Of a stretch of DNA of 64,000 nucleotides, positions 21,308-31,377 are shown in pieces. Position 1 is the stretch's first letter, and each line of letters opens with the position of its first letter. The stretch comes from Candidatus Poribacteria bacterium (GTDB lineage: Bacteria; Poribacteria; WGA-4E; WGA-3G). The notes beneath the pieces are model-generated. The model made no database searches. It was not told the DNA's origin and saw nothing but the letters and a program-made list of their open reading frames with translations. The stretch lies in contig JAJDWI010000010.1 of NCBI GenBank assembly GCA_022825665.1, positions 96,154 through 160,153 of the forward strand, written 5' to 3'. A program made the translations under genes and the position numbers.

Positions 21308-21994
21308 TTAAATGGTATTATTTTTGATATTTGCCCATGATGTAGTCAGCTTGCCTTTGGGTTCAACAGGAAGTTCTCCTATTGTATAACGAAAGTATAT
21401 ATCATCTTCTACATCATTGGGACCGCACCAGACCCAATTCGCTGTGCAATCAGGATCTTTCAAGATATTCCGCATATTGCCTGCTCCACCGGCCCAAATT
21501 CCTGCACCGAATTTATCCATTATTTCAAGGTCTGTTTCCCAATCGCTATCATCAAAATTAATCTTCTCCCATCCATCATTTCGTTGAGCGATTGGATCGC
21601 CTGCTTGACAACGCCATCCTTCCTCACCTGTGCCAATGTAGTCAGGTTTATCGTCAAGCACAATATCAGCGAGGAATCCACCTCTACCCGCTGCCCCTGG
21701 TTCTGCATCGTGTACATAGACTGCGATTACAGCAAAACCGTTATCCAATTCAAACTCAGAAGCAGTAGGTTGATCCCAATGAATGTGTTCGGCAACCTTT
21801 TCTCCGTTTACATAAGCAATCCAAGTGTTATCACCACTAACGCGTAAAGTGCCTTTTTCAGGAACAGCGTTTGTTGATTGTATCAGAATAATGCTGCCTA
21901 ACATTAAAAATAGTGTTATACCGACTGTTATTCGGTTAAACATAAATACCTCCATTTTGTGTATTTGTGAAGTACAATTTCTATTTGTCTCCAC
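21308..21994 (-). CDS. Secreted protein, paralogue B of the tandem pair
   Basis: LRVSGDNTWIAYVNGEKVAEH...AVYVHDAEPGAAGRGG...NFDDSDWE. The signal peptide probably starts at an internal Met (MFNRITVGITLFLMLGSIILIQSTNA, ~21943 or 21955). Confidence 0.6.
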   Translation of the reverse strand: METNRNCTSQIHKMEVFMFNRITVGITLFLMLGSIILIQSTNAVPEKGTLRVSGDNTWIAYVNGEKVAEHIHWDQPTASEFELDNGFAVIAVYVHDAEPGAAGRGGFLADIVLDDKPDYIGTGEEGWRCQAGDPIAQRNDGWEKINFDDSDWETDLEIMDKFGAGIWAGGAGNMRNILKDPDCTANWVWCGPNDVEDDIYFRYTIGELPVEPKGKLTTSWANIKNNTI

Positions 21995-22015
21995 ATTATT
22001 TTATATTTATTCAGG

Positions 22016-22128
22016 ACTTACGCAAAAATGGTAGGCGCGCTTTGTAAGCGCGCTGGAAACTCAGAATACTGCTGAAAAAACACACCATTTTAGTCATAAT
22101 TATTGAAAATCGTGAAAAGTGCGTAAGT
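22016..22128. repeat. MITE-like element, copy 2, with perfect 11-bp terminal inverted repeats (ggacttacgca ... tgcgtaagtcc)
   Basis: Ends and the internal ggcgcgctttgtaagcgcgc hairpin were read directly from the sequence. About 75% identical to copy 1. Confidence 0.55.
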
Positions 22129-22164
22129 CCTGATTTATTGATTTATTTGGTCCTAACAAGTAAC

Positions 22165-22941
22165 TTAAAAAAGTGATGGAAAGTGTCGATGTGGGTCAGC
22201 AGGCTCACGGAAAAGGATTTTCTGTCGTTCCGTTAATTCTATATCCTCTGGCTGTGCTACACGTCGTGATGTCCATGCCATGTGAGACACACAATATTTA
22301 TACAAAAGTGAACGTCGTTCATGTTTTCCGTTCCAAGCCGCTGTGCCGTGTGTTAATGCTTCAGAAAACAAGATCGCTGAGCCTGCAGGGGCATTCGGTA
22401 TGATAACACAAGGTGCTTCTTCAGGTGCAGCAGCAATTTCATGTGGCAATCTATAGTTACTCTTATGGCTGCCCGGTATACAGCAAAATCCCCCAAGTCC
22501 TGGTCCTGTGTCAGCCAAATTCCATGTTACTACGACAAAACCGTTGTGTATTTCATGATCTCGAAAAGCGAAATACTCTCCAGGTTTTGCATTTGAGGTA
22601 GGAGATGTCGCTCCATAGTCAGCATGCAATCCACCTCTTGGCATTCCCTCTCGCATATACATCCCATAGATACGGTCAAGTCGGAAGCAGTCTCCTAAAC
22701 GGATACGTAGGACTTCCATTATCTTCGGATGGTCAAGTAAATTACAGAATGATTTACCCCACTGTAGAAAACCTGCCCCATCTGGTGCACTGCCAAATCT
22801 TTGTACCTTTCCCGGTGTCGGAAGATCTTGGTCATCAATCCGTTGATTCAGTTCAGCCACCTCATCAGAATCTAAAACATCTTCAATAACTAAGTAACCT
22901 TGTACGTCAAAAAGGTACTGCTCCGTTTGTAGGTCACTCAT
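22165..22941 (-). CDS. Phytanoyl-CoA dioxygenase (PhyH) family Fe(II)/2-oxoglutarate oxygenase
   Basis: YLFDVQGYLVIEDVL N-terminus, GGLHADYG, and the C-terminal H-x-T/G motif (ALTHGTAAW) typical of the PhyH family. Confidence 0.7.
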   Translation of the reverse strand: MSDLQTEQYLFDVQGYLVIEDVLDSDEVAELNQRIDDQDLPTPGKVQRFGSAPDGAGFLQWGKSFCNLLDHPKIMEVLRIRLGDCFRLDRIYGMYMREGMPRGGLHADYGATSPTSNAKPGEYFAFRDHEIHNGFVVVTWNLADTGPGLGGFCCIPGSHKSNYRLPHEIAAAPEEAPCVIIPNAPAGSAILFSEALTHGTAAWNGKHERRSLLYKYCVSHMAWTSRRVAQPEDIELTERQKILFREPADPHRHFPSLF

Positions 22942-22995
22942 AAATTTACCTTCCTGTTTGTATAGAATATGTAGAATCTGAATATTCGTTTAGAA

Positions 22996-23934
22996 CTATG
23001 GTTTATCTGTAAGTGCTAATTGTCCTGCAAGATTAGTGATGAACTGATATGCGACTCTTCCAGATCTCCCGCTGGATGATGCTTCCCATTCCAATGCAGA
23101 ACGATGTAATTCTTGAGTCGGAATATCCAGCTCCAATTTCTGTGCATAATGAGAAACTATTTGTAAATAGGTTTCCTGTGAAATTCGGTAGAAAGCCAGT
23201 CTCAACCCGAAACGGTCACTTAGCGAGACCTTTTCTTCGGTTGCTTCACGAGGATAGAGTTCATCTTCCTCATTTTGTGGGTATTGGTTTTCACCCACCT
23301 GTCTCGGCATCAAGTGTCGACGATTTGATGTGGCGTAAATCAGAATGTTATCTGGACATTCAGCAATACCACCTTCCAATACTGCCTTCAGTTCACGATA
23401 TTCTGGTTCGCTTTCACTAAAGGCAAGGTCGTCACAAAAAAGGAGATAACGTTCCTGCCGATCCCACAATATTTCCGCAATCTCTTGTAAATGGGCGAGT
23501 CCCTCTTTACTGACTCCGACGAGTCTTAGACCTTCGTCAGCATAGCGATTCAACATTGCCTTAACCAGCGAAGATTTTCCTGTGCCACGATCACCCCACA
23601 GCAAAACATGATTTGCGGGTAATCCTTGCAAAAACTGACGTGTGTTTCTGTCAAGAGCAGATGATTGAGAATCGATTCCAATAAGATCCGCACTTTCAAC
23701 AAGGTGCGGATGTTTTACCGGGATAAGGTGTCCTTTACCGTTCTGTGTATGCCATTTGAATGCAATGTAATTGTCAAGACATTCACTCGGAATGCGTGTT
23801 GAATTATTATTCAAATGAGATATTAAACTGTCAACTTTTTCAAGCAGTTGTATAAAAAGGTCTTCTTGCTTCCGCTTCTGTTCTGACATTGTGTTAAGGT
23901 CGAAATATACAAAGTTTGAAATAACTGATTTCAA
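22996..23934 (-). CDS. DUF815-type AAA ATPase
   Basis: LLWGDRGTGKSSLVKAMLN Walker A, FCDDLAFSE Walker B, and IYATSNRRHL, as in the DUF815 family. Confidence 0.65.
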   Translation of the reverse strand: MKSVISNFVYFDLNTMSEQKRKQEDLFIQLLEKVDSLISHLNNNSTRIPSECLDNYIAFKWHTQNGKGHLIPVKHPHLVESADLIGIDSQSSALDRNTRQFLQGLPANHVLLWGDRGTGKSSLVKAMLNRYADEGLRLVGVSKEGLAHLQEIAEILWDRQERYLLFCDDLAFSESEPEYRELKAVLEGGIAECPDNILIYATSNRRHLMPRQVGENQYPQNEEDELYPREATEEKVSLSDRFGLRLAFYRISQETYLQIVSHYAQKLELDIPTQELHRSALEWEASSSGRSGRVAYQFITNLAGQLALTDKP

Positions 23935-24009
23935 ATATCCTGTGAGGAATAAATATTTTATAGTTTACTACTGATTTATAGCGTATGTCAATCTAATTTT
24001 GTGTGATAC

Positions 24010-24160
24010 TCACGACGGCTAAAGCCGTGTGCTTCTTTTAGCACATCGGCTCTCCTGTGTGATTCCTGCTTCCGCCTCTCGTGCCTCCTTCCTGAACTAC
24101 TTGAGGTCTTACTTGAACTCCACAGGCGTTTAGTCTCTCTGTCTATCCGACAGCGAGGTG
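24010..24160. repeat. Second copy of the ~150-bp element seen at 3400-3560; lies immediately 3' of a truncated tnpB
   Basis: Shared gctaaagc-loop hairpin, ttcctgcttc, and ccacaggcgtttagtctctc. Confidence 0.4.
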
Positions 24161-24254
24161 TCTAAGGTTCATTGCAGCGTTGACATCCCTGTCTTTCTGA
24201 TATTGACAGACACCGCATTGATACATTCTTTCTAATAGCAGTAGTTCTTTTTTC

Positions 24255-24485
24255 TTATCTCCACAACTGCGATTGGAAGGTGTCTTGAGCTAAGCCTATC
24301 TTAAAATCTGCTAACGCTCGGTTATATGCAAATCGCGCATAACCGCATTGCTGGGCAAACCAACACCTTTGCTTGATAGTTGGTTCTAATGTGATTTTAT
24401 GTGTTTTGTATGGCATACCTGATCCCTGACAATATACTGACCACCACTGAGTCAGTCTTATGATTATACGACAAAATACCCCCAA
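24255..24485 (-). pseudogene. tnpB: IS200/IS605-family tnpB, N-terminal ~70-aa fragment only
   Basis: Translation ...MPYKTHKITLEPTIKQRCWFAQQCGYARFAYNRALADFK matches the conserved TnpB N-terminus (YKxRLxPTxEQ...FGxxRFVYNxAL). The ORF stops after 76 aa; no RuvC or zinc-finger part follows. Confidence 0.6.
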
Positions 24486-24650
24486 ATACCAACTGTCATT
24501 GGACCCACAGCTAAAGCAGTGGGATTGTCAGTTAATTCCCTTCATTCAGGTTAATTCTGTGAAATAAATTGTCAAATGCTCACGTAATATTGAATACAAT
24601 ATATTATAGTAACTATGAAATGTCAAGGGTTTTGGAGGCTGTTGAGTTAA

Positions 24651-25514
24651 GTGGTAGAAAAAAAAGTTGGACAACCTATATATGGATTAACTGTCCGCGA
24701 CATCACAAAACATTTTCATCGGACGAAAAAGTCAGATGAGAAACTACGTTTACCTGAAAAGATACGTAGGTTGTTTAAACGTGAAAAAGAGATAATTCAT
24801 GCTGTTGATGGCATCTCCCTTGATGTCAACATTGGTGAAATATATGGGGTACTTGGTGCGAACGGTTCAGGTAAATCTACACTAATTAGACTTATCTCAA
24901 CATTACTATTGCCAGATTCTGGGAGTATCCACGTTTTCGGTGATGATGTCGTGACACACAGTATGAAGGTTAGACGCGTGATGAACCGTGTCTCTGTTGA
25001 GGCATCGTTCTTTAAACGTCTCTCTTCAGCAGAGAATTTGGTCTATGCAGCACGACTCTACGGTATTTCTGCTGTGGAAGCGAAAAAGAGGGCACAAGTA
25101 ATTTTAGAGAGACTCGGTTTTGAAGCAAAACGAATGGACGAAGAGATGGAACAACTTTCGCGCGGCATGCAACAGAAGGTTGCAATTGCACGCGCACTTC
25201 TTACGACTCCAATGCTGTTACTCCTTGATGAACCAACAACTGGACTTGACCCGAAGTCTAAACGAGATGTGCAAACCTTCATTGAGGAAATCCGAGATGA
25301 ACGTAACGCTGTTATTCTACTGACAACACATGATATGGCAGAAGCAGAGAGATTATGTGATCGGATCGCGATTATTGATAACGGCAAGTTCATTGCTGAA
25401 GGCACTGTTGAGGAGTTGATTGCGAAGGTGCCGCCCCAAAACAATACTCTTGTGACTTTAGAAGATGTATTTATAGCATTTACTGGAAAAGATCTGGAAG
25501 AGGAGGAAGATTAA
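24651..25514 (+). CDS. ABC transporter ATP-binding protein (ABC-2/CcmA-like exporter family)
   Basis: Walker A GANGSGKST; signature LSRGMQQKVAIARAL; Walker B LLLLDEPTTGLD. Confidence 0.85.
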   Translation: MVEKKVGQPIYGLTVRDITKHFHRTKKSDEKLRLPEKIRRLFKREKEIIHAVDGISLDVNIGEIYGVLGANGSGKSTLIRLISTLLLPDSGSIHVFGDDVVTHSMKVRRVMNRVSVEASFFKRLSSAENLVYAARLYGISAVEAKKRAQVILERLGFEAKRMDEEMEQLSRGMQQKVAIARALLTTPMLLLLDEPTTGLDPKSKRDVQTFIEEIRDERNAVILLTTHDMAEAERLCDRIAIIDNGKFIAEGTVEELIAKVPPQNNTLVTLEDVFIAFTGKDLEEEED

Positions 25515-25518
25515 ACCG

Positions 25519-26325
25519 ATGCTGAATATCGGACGAGAAACTGTTATATCCTACGCATTCATTGAGCGAAACTTTAACCTGTTGAAGCGGTATCTAAATT
25601 GGGAAATACTGTTTTTTAGTTACTCTATTGTCAATGCGCTTACAATCGGATTAATAATGGTAGGACGTGGCAGTAGTCAAGATGTGCTTTACCTCGTAAT
25701 TGGTGCTCTTATATGGGGATTTCTATCCATCATGATGCGCGAGGTGAGTGATGCAATTACATGGGAACGGTGGGAAGGTACAATTGAATATACCTTCATG
25801 GCACCGATTTATCGCATTACGCATCTGGTCGGTTCATGTCTCTTCGCGATTTTGTATGGATTGTTACGAACAGGATTAGTCTTGGCAATTATGCCGTTCT
25901 TCTTTGGTGAACACATCGATTTAGGAAGTGCGAATTGGATTACAATGACAGTGACCGTTGCTGTTTCAAGTCTATCCTTTATCGGTATTGGGTTGATGGC
26001 TGCAATTTTTCCGCTACTTTCACCTGAAAAAGGACAGGCAGCAACAGGAATCCTTCAGTCTGTGTTGCTACTAATATCTGGTATTTATTATGAAATTGAA
26101 GTATTACCGGAATGGCTTCAACCGTTATCAAAAATATCACCAGCAACCTATACGCTTAGATCTATACGTGCAGCGATGTTGGAGAATGCATCAGTTGAAA
26201 GTCAAGCAGGGAATTTGTTGCTGTTACTCGTTATTGGCATTGTTCTGATTCCGCTTGGTTTTTGGGTTTTTCATCTCGCTGAGAGATATGCAAAACGTGT
26301 GGGTAGATTAAAACGGAGTGGGTAG
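25519..26325 (+). CDS. ABC-2 type permease, partner of the upstream ATPase
   Basis: 268 aa, six predicted TM helices. Start is 5 nt after the ATPase stop. Confidence 0.7.
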   Translation: MLNIGRETVISYAFIERNFNLLKRYLNWEILFFSYSIVNALTIGLIMVGRGSSQDVLYLVIGALIWGFLSIMMREVSDAITWERWEGTIEYTFMAPIYRITHLVGSCLFAILYGLLRTGLVLAIMPFFFGEHIDLGSANWITMTVTVAVSSLSFIGIGLMAAIFPLLSPEKGQAATGILQSVLLLISGIYYEIEVLPEWLQPLSKISPATYTLRSIRAAMLENASVESQAGNLLLLLVIGIVLIPLGFWVFHLAERYAKRVGRLKRSG

Positions 26326-26372
26326 GATTCACACAATTATAATCGTCTACATATTGGGTTCGTTCAACCATC

Positions 26373-27152
26373 TTACCACGTATCACGAACACTTACACCT
26401 TCATCTTCCAAATAGGTTTTGATACTCTCAATCGTGAATTCTCCGTAGTGTGTGATAGATGCAACAATCGCCGCATCAGCATTACTCTCAACAAACACAT
26501 CGCGTAGATGTTGCGGATTCCCCGCACCACCAGAAGCAATAACAGGCACAGGTACAAGGTCTGCGATTGCCCCCGTTAAGTCCAATTCATATCCTGCTTT
26601 TGTTCCATCTGCATCAATACTATTTACTACAATCTCCCCTGCTCCTAAGTCAACCCCGCGAACAGACCATTCCAGTGCATCCCACCCGACTGGTTTGCGT
26701 CCACCATCTATATAGATTTCATATCCACTTGGGATGTGTTCGCTCTTAGACACTTTTTTCACCTGCATGCTCAAAACGACACACTGACTTCCGAATGCTC
26801 GCGCACCTTCAGAGATTATATCAGGATTACGCACTGCACCAGAATCTATACTTACTTTTTCTGCACCTGCAAGCAGGACACGTCGCATATCTTCAAGCGT
26901 ACGTAAACCTCCTCCGACAGAAAACGGGATGAATATTTCTGATGCAACAGCAGATACGACATCAATCATAATATCGCGCCGTTCGTTACTGGCAGTGATG
27001 TCGTAAAAGACGAGTTCATCAGCACCGCTATCATAATAAAACCGTGCCATCTCAACTGGATCCCCGACATCTACATTACCCTTGAAAGCAATGCCTTTGG
27101 TAACTTTGCCAGCACGAACATCTAAACATGGGATAATTCGTTTTGTTAGCAT
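26373..27152 (-). CDS. hisF: Imidazole glycerol phosphate synthase cyclase subunit HisF
   Basis: [20 protein letters not shown]...[13 protein letters not shown]...[12 protein letters not shown]...[12 protein letters not shown] is a near-canonical HisF. The ATG at 27152 has an AAGGAG Shine-Dalgarno 5 nt upstream. No hisH is adjacent. Confidence 0.85.
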   Translation of the reverse strand: MLTKRIIPCLDVRAGKVTKGIAFKGNVDVGDPVEMARFYYDSGADELVFYDITASNERRDIMIDVVSAVASEIFIPFSVGGGLRTLEDMRRVLLAGAEKVSIDSGAVRNPDIISEGARAFGSQCVVLSMQVKKVSKSEHIPSGYEIYIDGGRKPVGWDALEWSVRGVDLGAGEIVVNSIDADGTKAGYELDLTGAIADLVPVPVIASGGAGNPQHLRDVFVESNADAAIVASITHYGEFTIESIKTYLEDEGVSVRDTW

Positions 27153-27171
27153 ATATCTCCTTTCCAATTTC

Positions 27172-28818
27172 TTAATTATGGAATCTCCGTTTAAATATAT
27201 TCAATATATCATCAAACTCTGCGACCTTCAATACCTTGTACATTCCCACAAGCACCAACAAACTGAAAGCAATCGGTACAAATACATTAACGCTCCGTTG
27301 AATAATACCCTCAGTTCCGAGTAAATCCTGTTCGATAAACCCATTTGTAACCCAACACACAACCCCCATCACTACAGATGCAATTGCGATTTTTTTTGCT
27401 AACGGAACAACAGATTTTAGTCCTAAGCGTCCAACTTTGCGTCGAAGCAGTAGCAACAAAACCCCGCTATTAAGTGTTACAGTAAACACAGTTGAGAATA
27501 CCACGGCGCGTGGATCCAAAATAAGTTCTTGAAAGATAAAGATATAATTGAGACAGATGTTTAGTACTACACCGCACAGACTGACAATAACAGGGGCGCG
27601 AATGTCTTTGTATGCATAAAATCCGTCTGTAACAATCTTGAGAGCGGAAAACCCACACAGACCAAATGCGTAGACGAACAATACTCCACCCGTAGCAACT
27701 GTATCTGATTCAATAAATGCACCACGTTCATAGAGAAGACGACAAATAGGGGTTGATAACAACATCAAACCGATCGATGCAGGCACAATCACTGTTAACA
27801 TCAGCCGGACAGCATACGAGAGTGCATCACGAAACTGTTCCGTTTCCCCCGCGTTTGCGAACTTTGCTAATTGTGGTAAGGCTGCGGTTGAAATCGCTAC
27901 ACCGAATATACCAATCGGTAGATGCATGATGCGATATGCACCTTGAATCCACGGGAGCCATTCATCATCAGATGTAAGAAACCAGGTATTAGTAAGTTGA
28001 TTGATCTGAACTGCTGCGACACCTAAGATCGCGGGTCCAATTAACCGCAGTACCTCACGCACTCTTGTATCATTTAAACTCAATAGTGGTTTGTATCGAA
28101 ATCCGACTCGATACATTGATGGGACCTGAATCATGAACTGTGCTATTCCACCAACAACGACTCCAACTGCCATACCTGTTGTAGGGTGCATACCAATTTT
28201 TTGACATACATAGTAACCACTAATACCAATTACAATTGAACTGAAATTAAATAAGGTAGATGCACTTGCAGGAATACCAAATTTGCCTTTACTGTTTAAT
28301 AATCCCATCGCTGTTGCAGCGAGAGATACAAAAAGCAGATATGGGAACATCAGTTGTGTCAGATAAACGGTAAGTTCTACCTTCGTATCAAACCCGTAAT
28401 GTTTACTACTATCTAATGTCTCGTCAAAGTTGTCGCGTGCTAATATATCAACGATATTCGGTGAAAAAACAATACCCATTAGGATAATACATACTAACAC
28501 AACGATTGTTAGATTGAATATGCGATTAGAAAGATTCCATGCTGCTTCCTCTCCATCTTCGGCTTCAGTAGCAAGAAAAGTCGTAATAAATGCCTTACTT
28601 AGAATTCCCTCACCAAACATATCACGTAGGAAATTTGGTATCCGGAAAGCAAGGTGAAAAGCACTCGCGCCAAGTTTCGTTGGGAAATAGTTAAATATCA
28701 CTATTTCGCGGGCAAGTCCCAATAACCGAGACCCCATCACTGCGATGCTGACGATTCCTGCAGCACGGGTGACATTATGATTCTGCTCTGCAGCAGATTT
28801 TGTTTCAATTGCTTCCAT
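27172..28818 (-). CDS. murJ: Lipid II flippase MurJ (MviN)
   Basis: [54 protein letters not shown]-terminal MurJ signature, and about 14 TM segments. Confidence 0.85.
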   Translation of the reverse strand: MEAIETKSAAEQNHNVTRAAGIVSIAVMGSRLLGLAREIVIFNYFPTKLGASAFHLAFRIPNFLRDMFGEGILSKAFITTFLATEAEDGEEAAWNLSNRIFNLTIVVLVCIILMGIVFSPNIVDILARDNFDETLDSSKHYGFDTKVELTVYLTQLMFPYLLFVSLAATAMGLLNSKGKFGIPASASTLFNFSSIVIGISGYYVCQKIGMHPTTGMAVGVVVGGIAQFMIQVPSMYRVGFRYKPLLSLNDTRVREVLRLIGPAILGVAAVQINQLTNTWFLTSDDEWLPWIQGAYRIMHLPIGIFGVAISTAALPQLAKFANAGETEQFRDALSYAVRLMLTVIVPASIGLMLLSTPICRLLYERGAFIESDTVATGGVLFVYAFGLCGFSALKIVTDGFYAYKDIRAPVIVSLCGVVLNICLNYIFIFQELILDPRAVVFSTVFTVTLNSGVLLLLLRRKVGRLGLKSVVPLAKKIAIASVVMGVVCWVTNGFIEQDLLGTEGIIQRSVNVFVPIAFSLLVLVGMYKVLKVAEFDDILNIFKRRFHN

Positions 28819-28944
28819 ATAAGGTTAATCGTAGTTGTTCACGGCACACGAAGTGTGCCTACTACTTTTAAGACATTTTTTATAACATATTACTATCTGA
28901 AATTAGATGCTTGACATCTTCTATGAATTCGTATAAATTCTTAT

Positions 28945-29346
28945 ATGAACAAAGGAGATATATACATGCAAGATAAAAGATTTTATACTGTTGAAGAAGC
29001 GAACGAATGTATTCCAGAGTTAATTAGGGACATTTCAACACTAATGGAACTGAAGGATCAAATAGAAAAACTGCACGCTGAACTCACACCATTTTTCGAA
29101 GTTGTGCCTTACAACGGAGGTCACAAAAATGCTTTACAACTTATGCAAATCGGTGAACAGTTCAGAGAGATTGTTGCTGGAATTGAACGTCGTGGTTGCC
29201 ACCTGAAAGGACTTAATCCCGCATTAATAGATTTTCCTCATATACGTGATGGTAAAGAGGTATATCTCTGTTGGCGATATGGTGAAAGGGAGATCCGTTA
29301 TTGGCATGAGGTAGAGAGTGGTTTTTCAGGTAGAAAACCACTTTAA
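28945..29346 (+). CDS. DUF2203-like small conserved protein
   Basis: RFYTVEEANECIPEL...GKEVYLCWRYGEREIRYWHEVESGFSGRKPL resembles the DUF2203 family. The start may be the internal Met at 28966. Confidence 0.45.
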   Translation: MNKGDIYMQDKRFYTVEEANECIPELIRDISTLMELKDQIEKLHAELTPFFEVVPYNGGHKNALQLMQIGEQFREIVAGIERRGCHLKGLNPALIDFPHIRDGKEVYLCWRYGEREIRYWHEVESGFSGRKPL

Positions 29347-29347
29347 A

Positions 29348-30133
29348 TTATTCCAAAAAATAGAAATGATTTGTTGGTCCTTGTCCATTACCGATGTTTA
29401 ATCCGTGTTGTATAGCATTTGTTATATATGCTTTTGAAACCTGTATTGCTTCAATTAAATCCTTTCCATGTGCCAGATGGGTTGCAATTGCTGCTGAGTA
29501 TGTACACCCTGTTCCGTGCGTATTTTCTGTGTCAATACGTTCAGCATCAAAATAGGACCAGTCCTCGTCACAATAAAGAACATCTATAGCCTTTTTCTCA
29601 CCAAGATGTCCTCCTTTTACAAGTACTGAATGACACCCAAGTTCAGCTATTTTTTTCGCAGCAGTTTTCGCGTCTTCTGTGGTACGAATATCTTGTTCTG
29701 CAAGCAATTCTGCTTCATATACGTTAGGCGTAATTACCGTTGCAAGCGGAATTAACGTATATCTGAGGCTATTGATAGCTTCGGCTTTTAAGAGAGGGAA
29801 CTTGCTTTTAGATATCATCACTGGATCAACCACGATTGATTTTGGGGCATATTCACGTAGTTTTCTCGCTACTGTTTCAACAATTGAAGACGATGAGAGC
29901 ATACCTGTTTTGACGCTGGCAACGTCAAAATCAGTAAAAACTGCATCCAGTTGTGCTTCAATAAGTTGTATTGGTAGATCAAAAGCATCGGTGACTGTGA
30001 CTGTATTCTGTGCAGTTACGGAAGTAATCGCGGACATAGCGAAACCACCGTTGGCAGAAATCGCTTTTATATCCGCTTGTATGCCGGCACCACCTCCTGA
30101 ATCTGAGCCTGCAATTGTCAATATCTGTTTCAT
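29348..30133 (-). CDS. thiD: Hydroxymethylpyrimidine/phosphomethylpyrimidine kinase
   Basis: ILTIAGSDSGGGAGIQADIKA...VKTGML...VVDPVM; ThiD/PfkB-family motifs along the full length. Confidence 0.85.
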   Translation of the reverse strand: MKQILTIAGSDSGGGAGIQADIKAISANGGFAMSAITSVTAQNTVTVTDAFDLPIQLIEAQLDAVFTDFDVASVKTGMLSSSSIVETVARKLREYAPKSIVVDPVMISKSKFPLLKAEAINSLRYTLIPLATVITPNVYEAELLAEQDIRTTEDAKTAAKKIAELGCHSVLVKGGHLGEKKAIDVLYCDEDWSYFDAERIDTENTHGTGCTYSAAIATHLAHGKDLIEAIQVSKAYITNAIQHGLNIGNGQGPTNHFYFLE

Positions 30134-30312
30134 ATAATAACATCTTCACTTTCATCTCATTACATAAAGTCTATCATTATGACACATTATAGCATTGTTT
30201 ATTTACATTATGCAAGTCCTCTGAAAATATTAATGTCATCTGAGTGATTGTCTTTATCCCTCCATTGTGTTATAATTACCGTTAGTTCTATCTCACTGCT
30301 GAAGGAAAAGAT

Positions 30313-31377
30313 ATGTCTTTGAGTAGTTCCCAGAACGGAAAGTTACTCCGTGACATTGATAAGATACTTATCATCCGCACCGATGGTATTGGCGATTTGC
30401 TGAACTCAACACCAGCAATTGCTCTATTGCGTCAGAACTATCTATCAGCAGAAATAACGGTATTAGCAAGTTCACTCAATGCACCTATATTAGCTGGTAA
30501 TCCTGATGTTGATAAAGTGATAGAATTTGATCGACAGGGGAAACATCGTAAATTATTGGAACAACTTTATTTTTTGCGCGGTATACGCGGGGAAAAGTAT
30601 GATCTCGTTGTGGCAATGCAGACTTCTACATTGTCCAATTTTTTTGCGTATCTTTCAGGTGCTACCTACCGCTTAGGTCGCTATCAAAAAAGGTTTAAAT
30701 CAACGTTAACGCATGTGTGGCGAGGAAGATACCGAAAAGGTGAAACTCATGAGGTAGACAGAAACCTTGACTTAGTGCGGTTAATTTGTCAGGGGAAAAG
30801 CACACGAGAGCTTGTTTTCAACCTAAAACCTGATGAGATTAGGACAGCAGAAACCTGTCTTGAGTCTTTAGGTGTCAGCAATGGAACATTTCTTGTTGGT
30901 ATGCACCCCGGCGGGAGTTCTTTTGACAAACGGTGGCCCGAAAAGCAGTATGCCGAACTTGCAGACAGGCTCGTTCAACAATACAACGCAACAATTCTGT
31001 TCTTTCACGGTCCAGAGGAAGTAGAACTGACTGACAATATACAGGAGTCAATGCAGTCAGATTCAACTGTTTACGCACCAGAGACAATTCGTGGGTTGGG
31101 TGCAATGTTATCATGTTGTGACATGTTTGTGTGTAATGATTCAGGTCCTATGCACCTTGCCGCTGCACTGAATATTCCAACGACTGCAATTTTTGGTCCA
31201 ACTGACCATGTTGCATGGCAACCTATGAGTGAAAACGCAACTGTCGTCCGTAGAGATATGCCGTGCTGGCCCTGTAGTGCACACAAGTGTAAAATCGGTT
31301 GGGAATGCACTAAGAAACTACCAATTGAAATGGTTTGGAAGACAACAACTATGACCATAGAAACGAGTCAAAAATGA
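30313..31377 (+). CDS. Glycosyltransferase family 9 (heptosyltransferase-like)
   Basis: ILIIRTDGIGDLLNSTPAI...CNDSGPMHLAAALNIPTTAIFGPTD GT9 signatures. Confidence 0.8.
   Translation: MSLSSSQNGKLLRDIDKILIIRTDGIGDLLNSTPAIALLRQNYLSAEITVLASSLNAPILAGNPDVDKVIEFDRQGKHRKLLEQLYFLRGIRGEKYDLVVAMQTSTLSNFFAYLSGATYRLGRYQKRFKSTLTHVWRGRYRKGETHEVDRNLDLVRLICQGKSTRELVFNLKPDEIRTAETCLESLGVSNGTFLVGMHPGGSSFDKRWPEKQYAELADRLVQQYNATILFFHGPEEVELTDNIQESMQSDSTVYAPETIRGLGAMLSCCDMFVCNDSGPMHLAAALNIPTTAIFGPTDHVAWQPMSENATVVRRDMPCWPCSAHKCKIGWECTKKLPIEMVWKTTTMTIETSQK

Noticed and set aside
24060-24100. Fragmentary resemblance of the reverse complement (ggaagcaggaa, caggaaggagg) to the SRP (4.5S) RNA domain IV consensus
   Set aside because: The conserved GGAAGGAAGCAGC block is not intact and no matching helix can be drawn. 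The similarity is judged coincidental within the IS-derived element.
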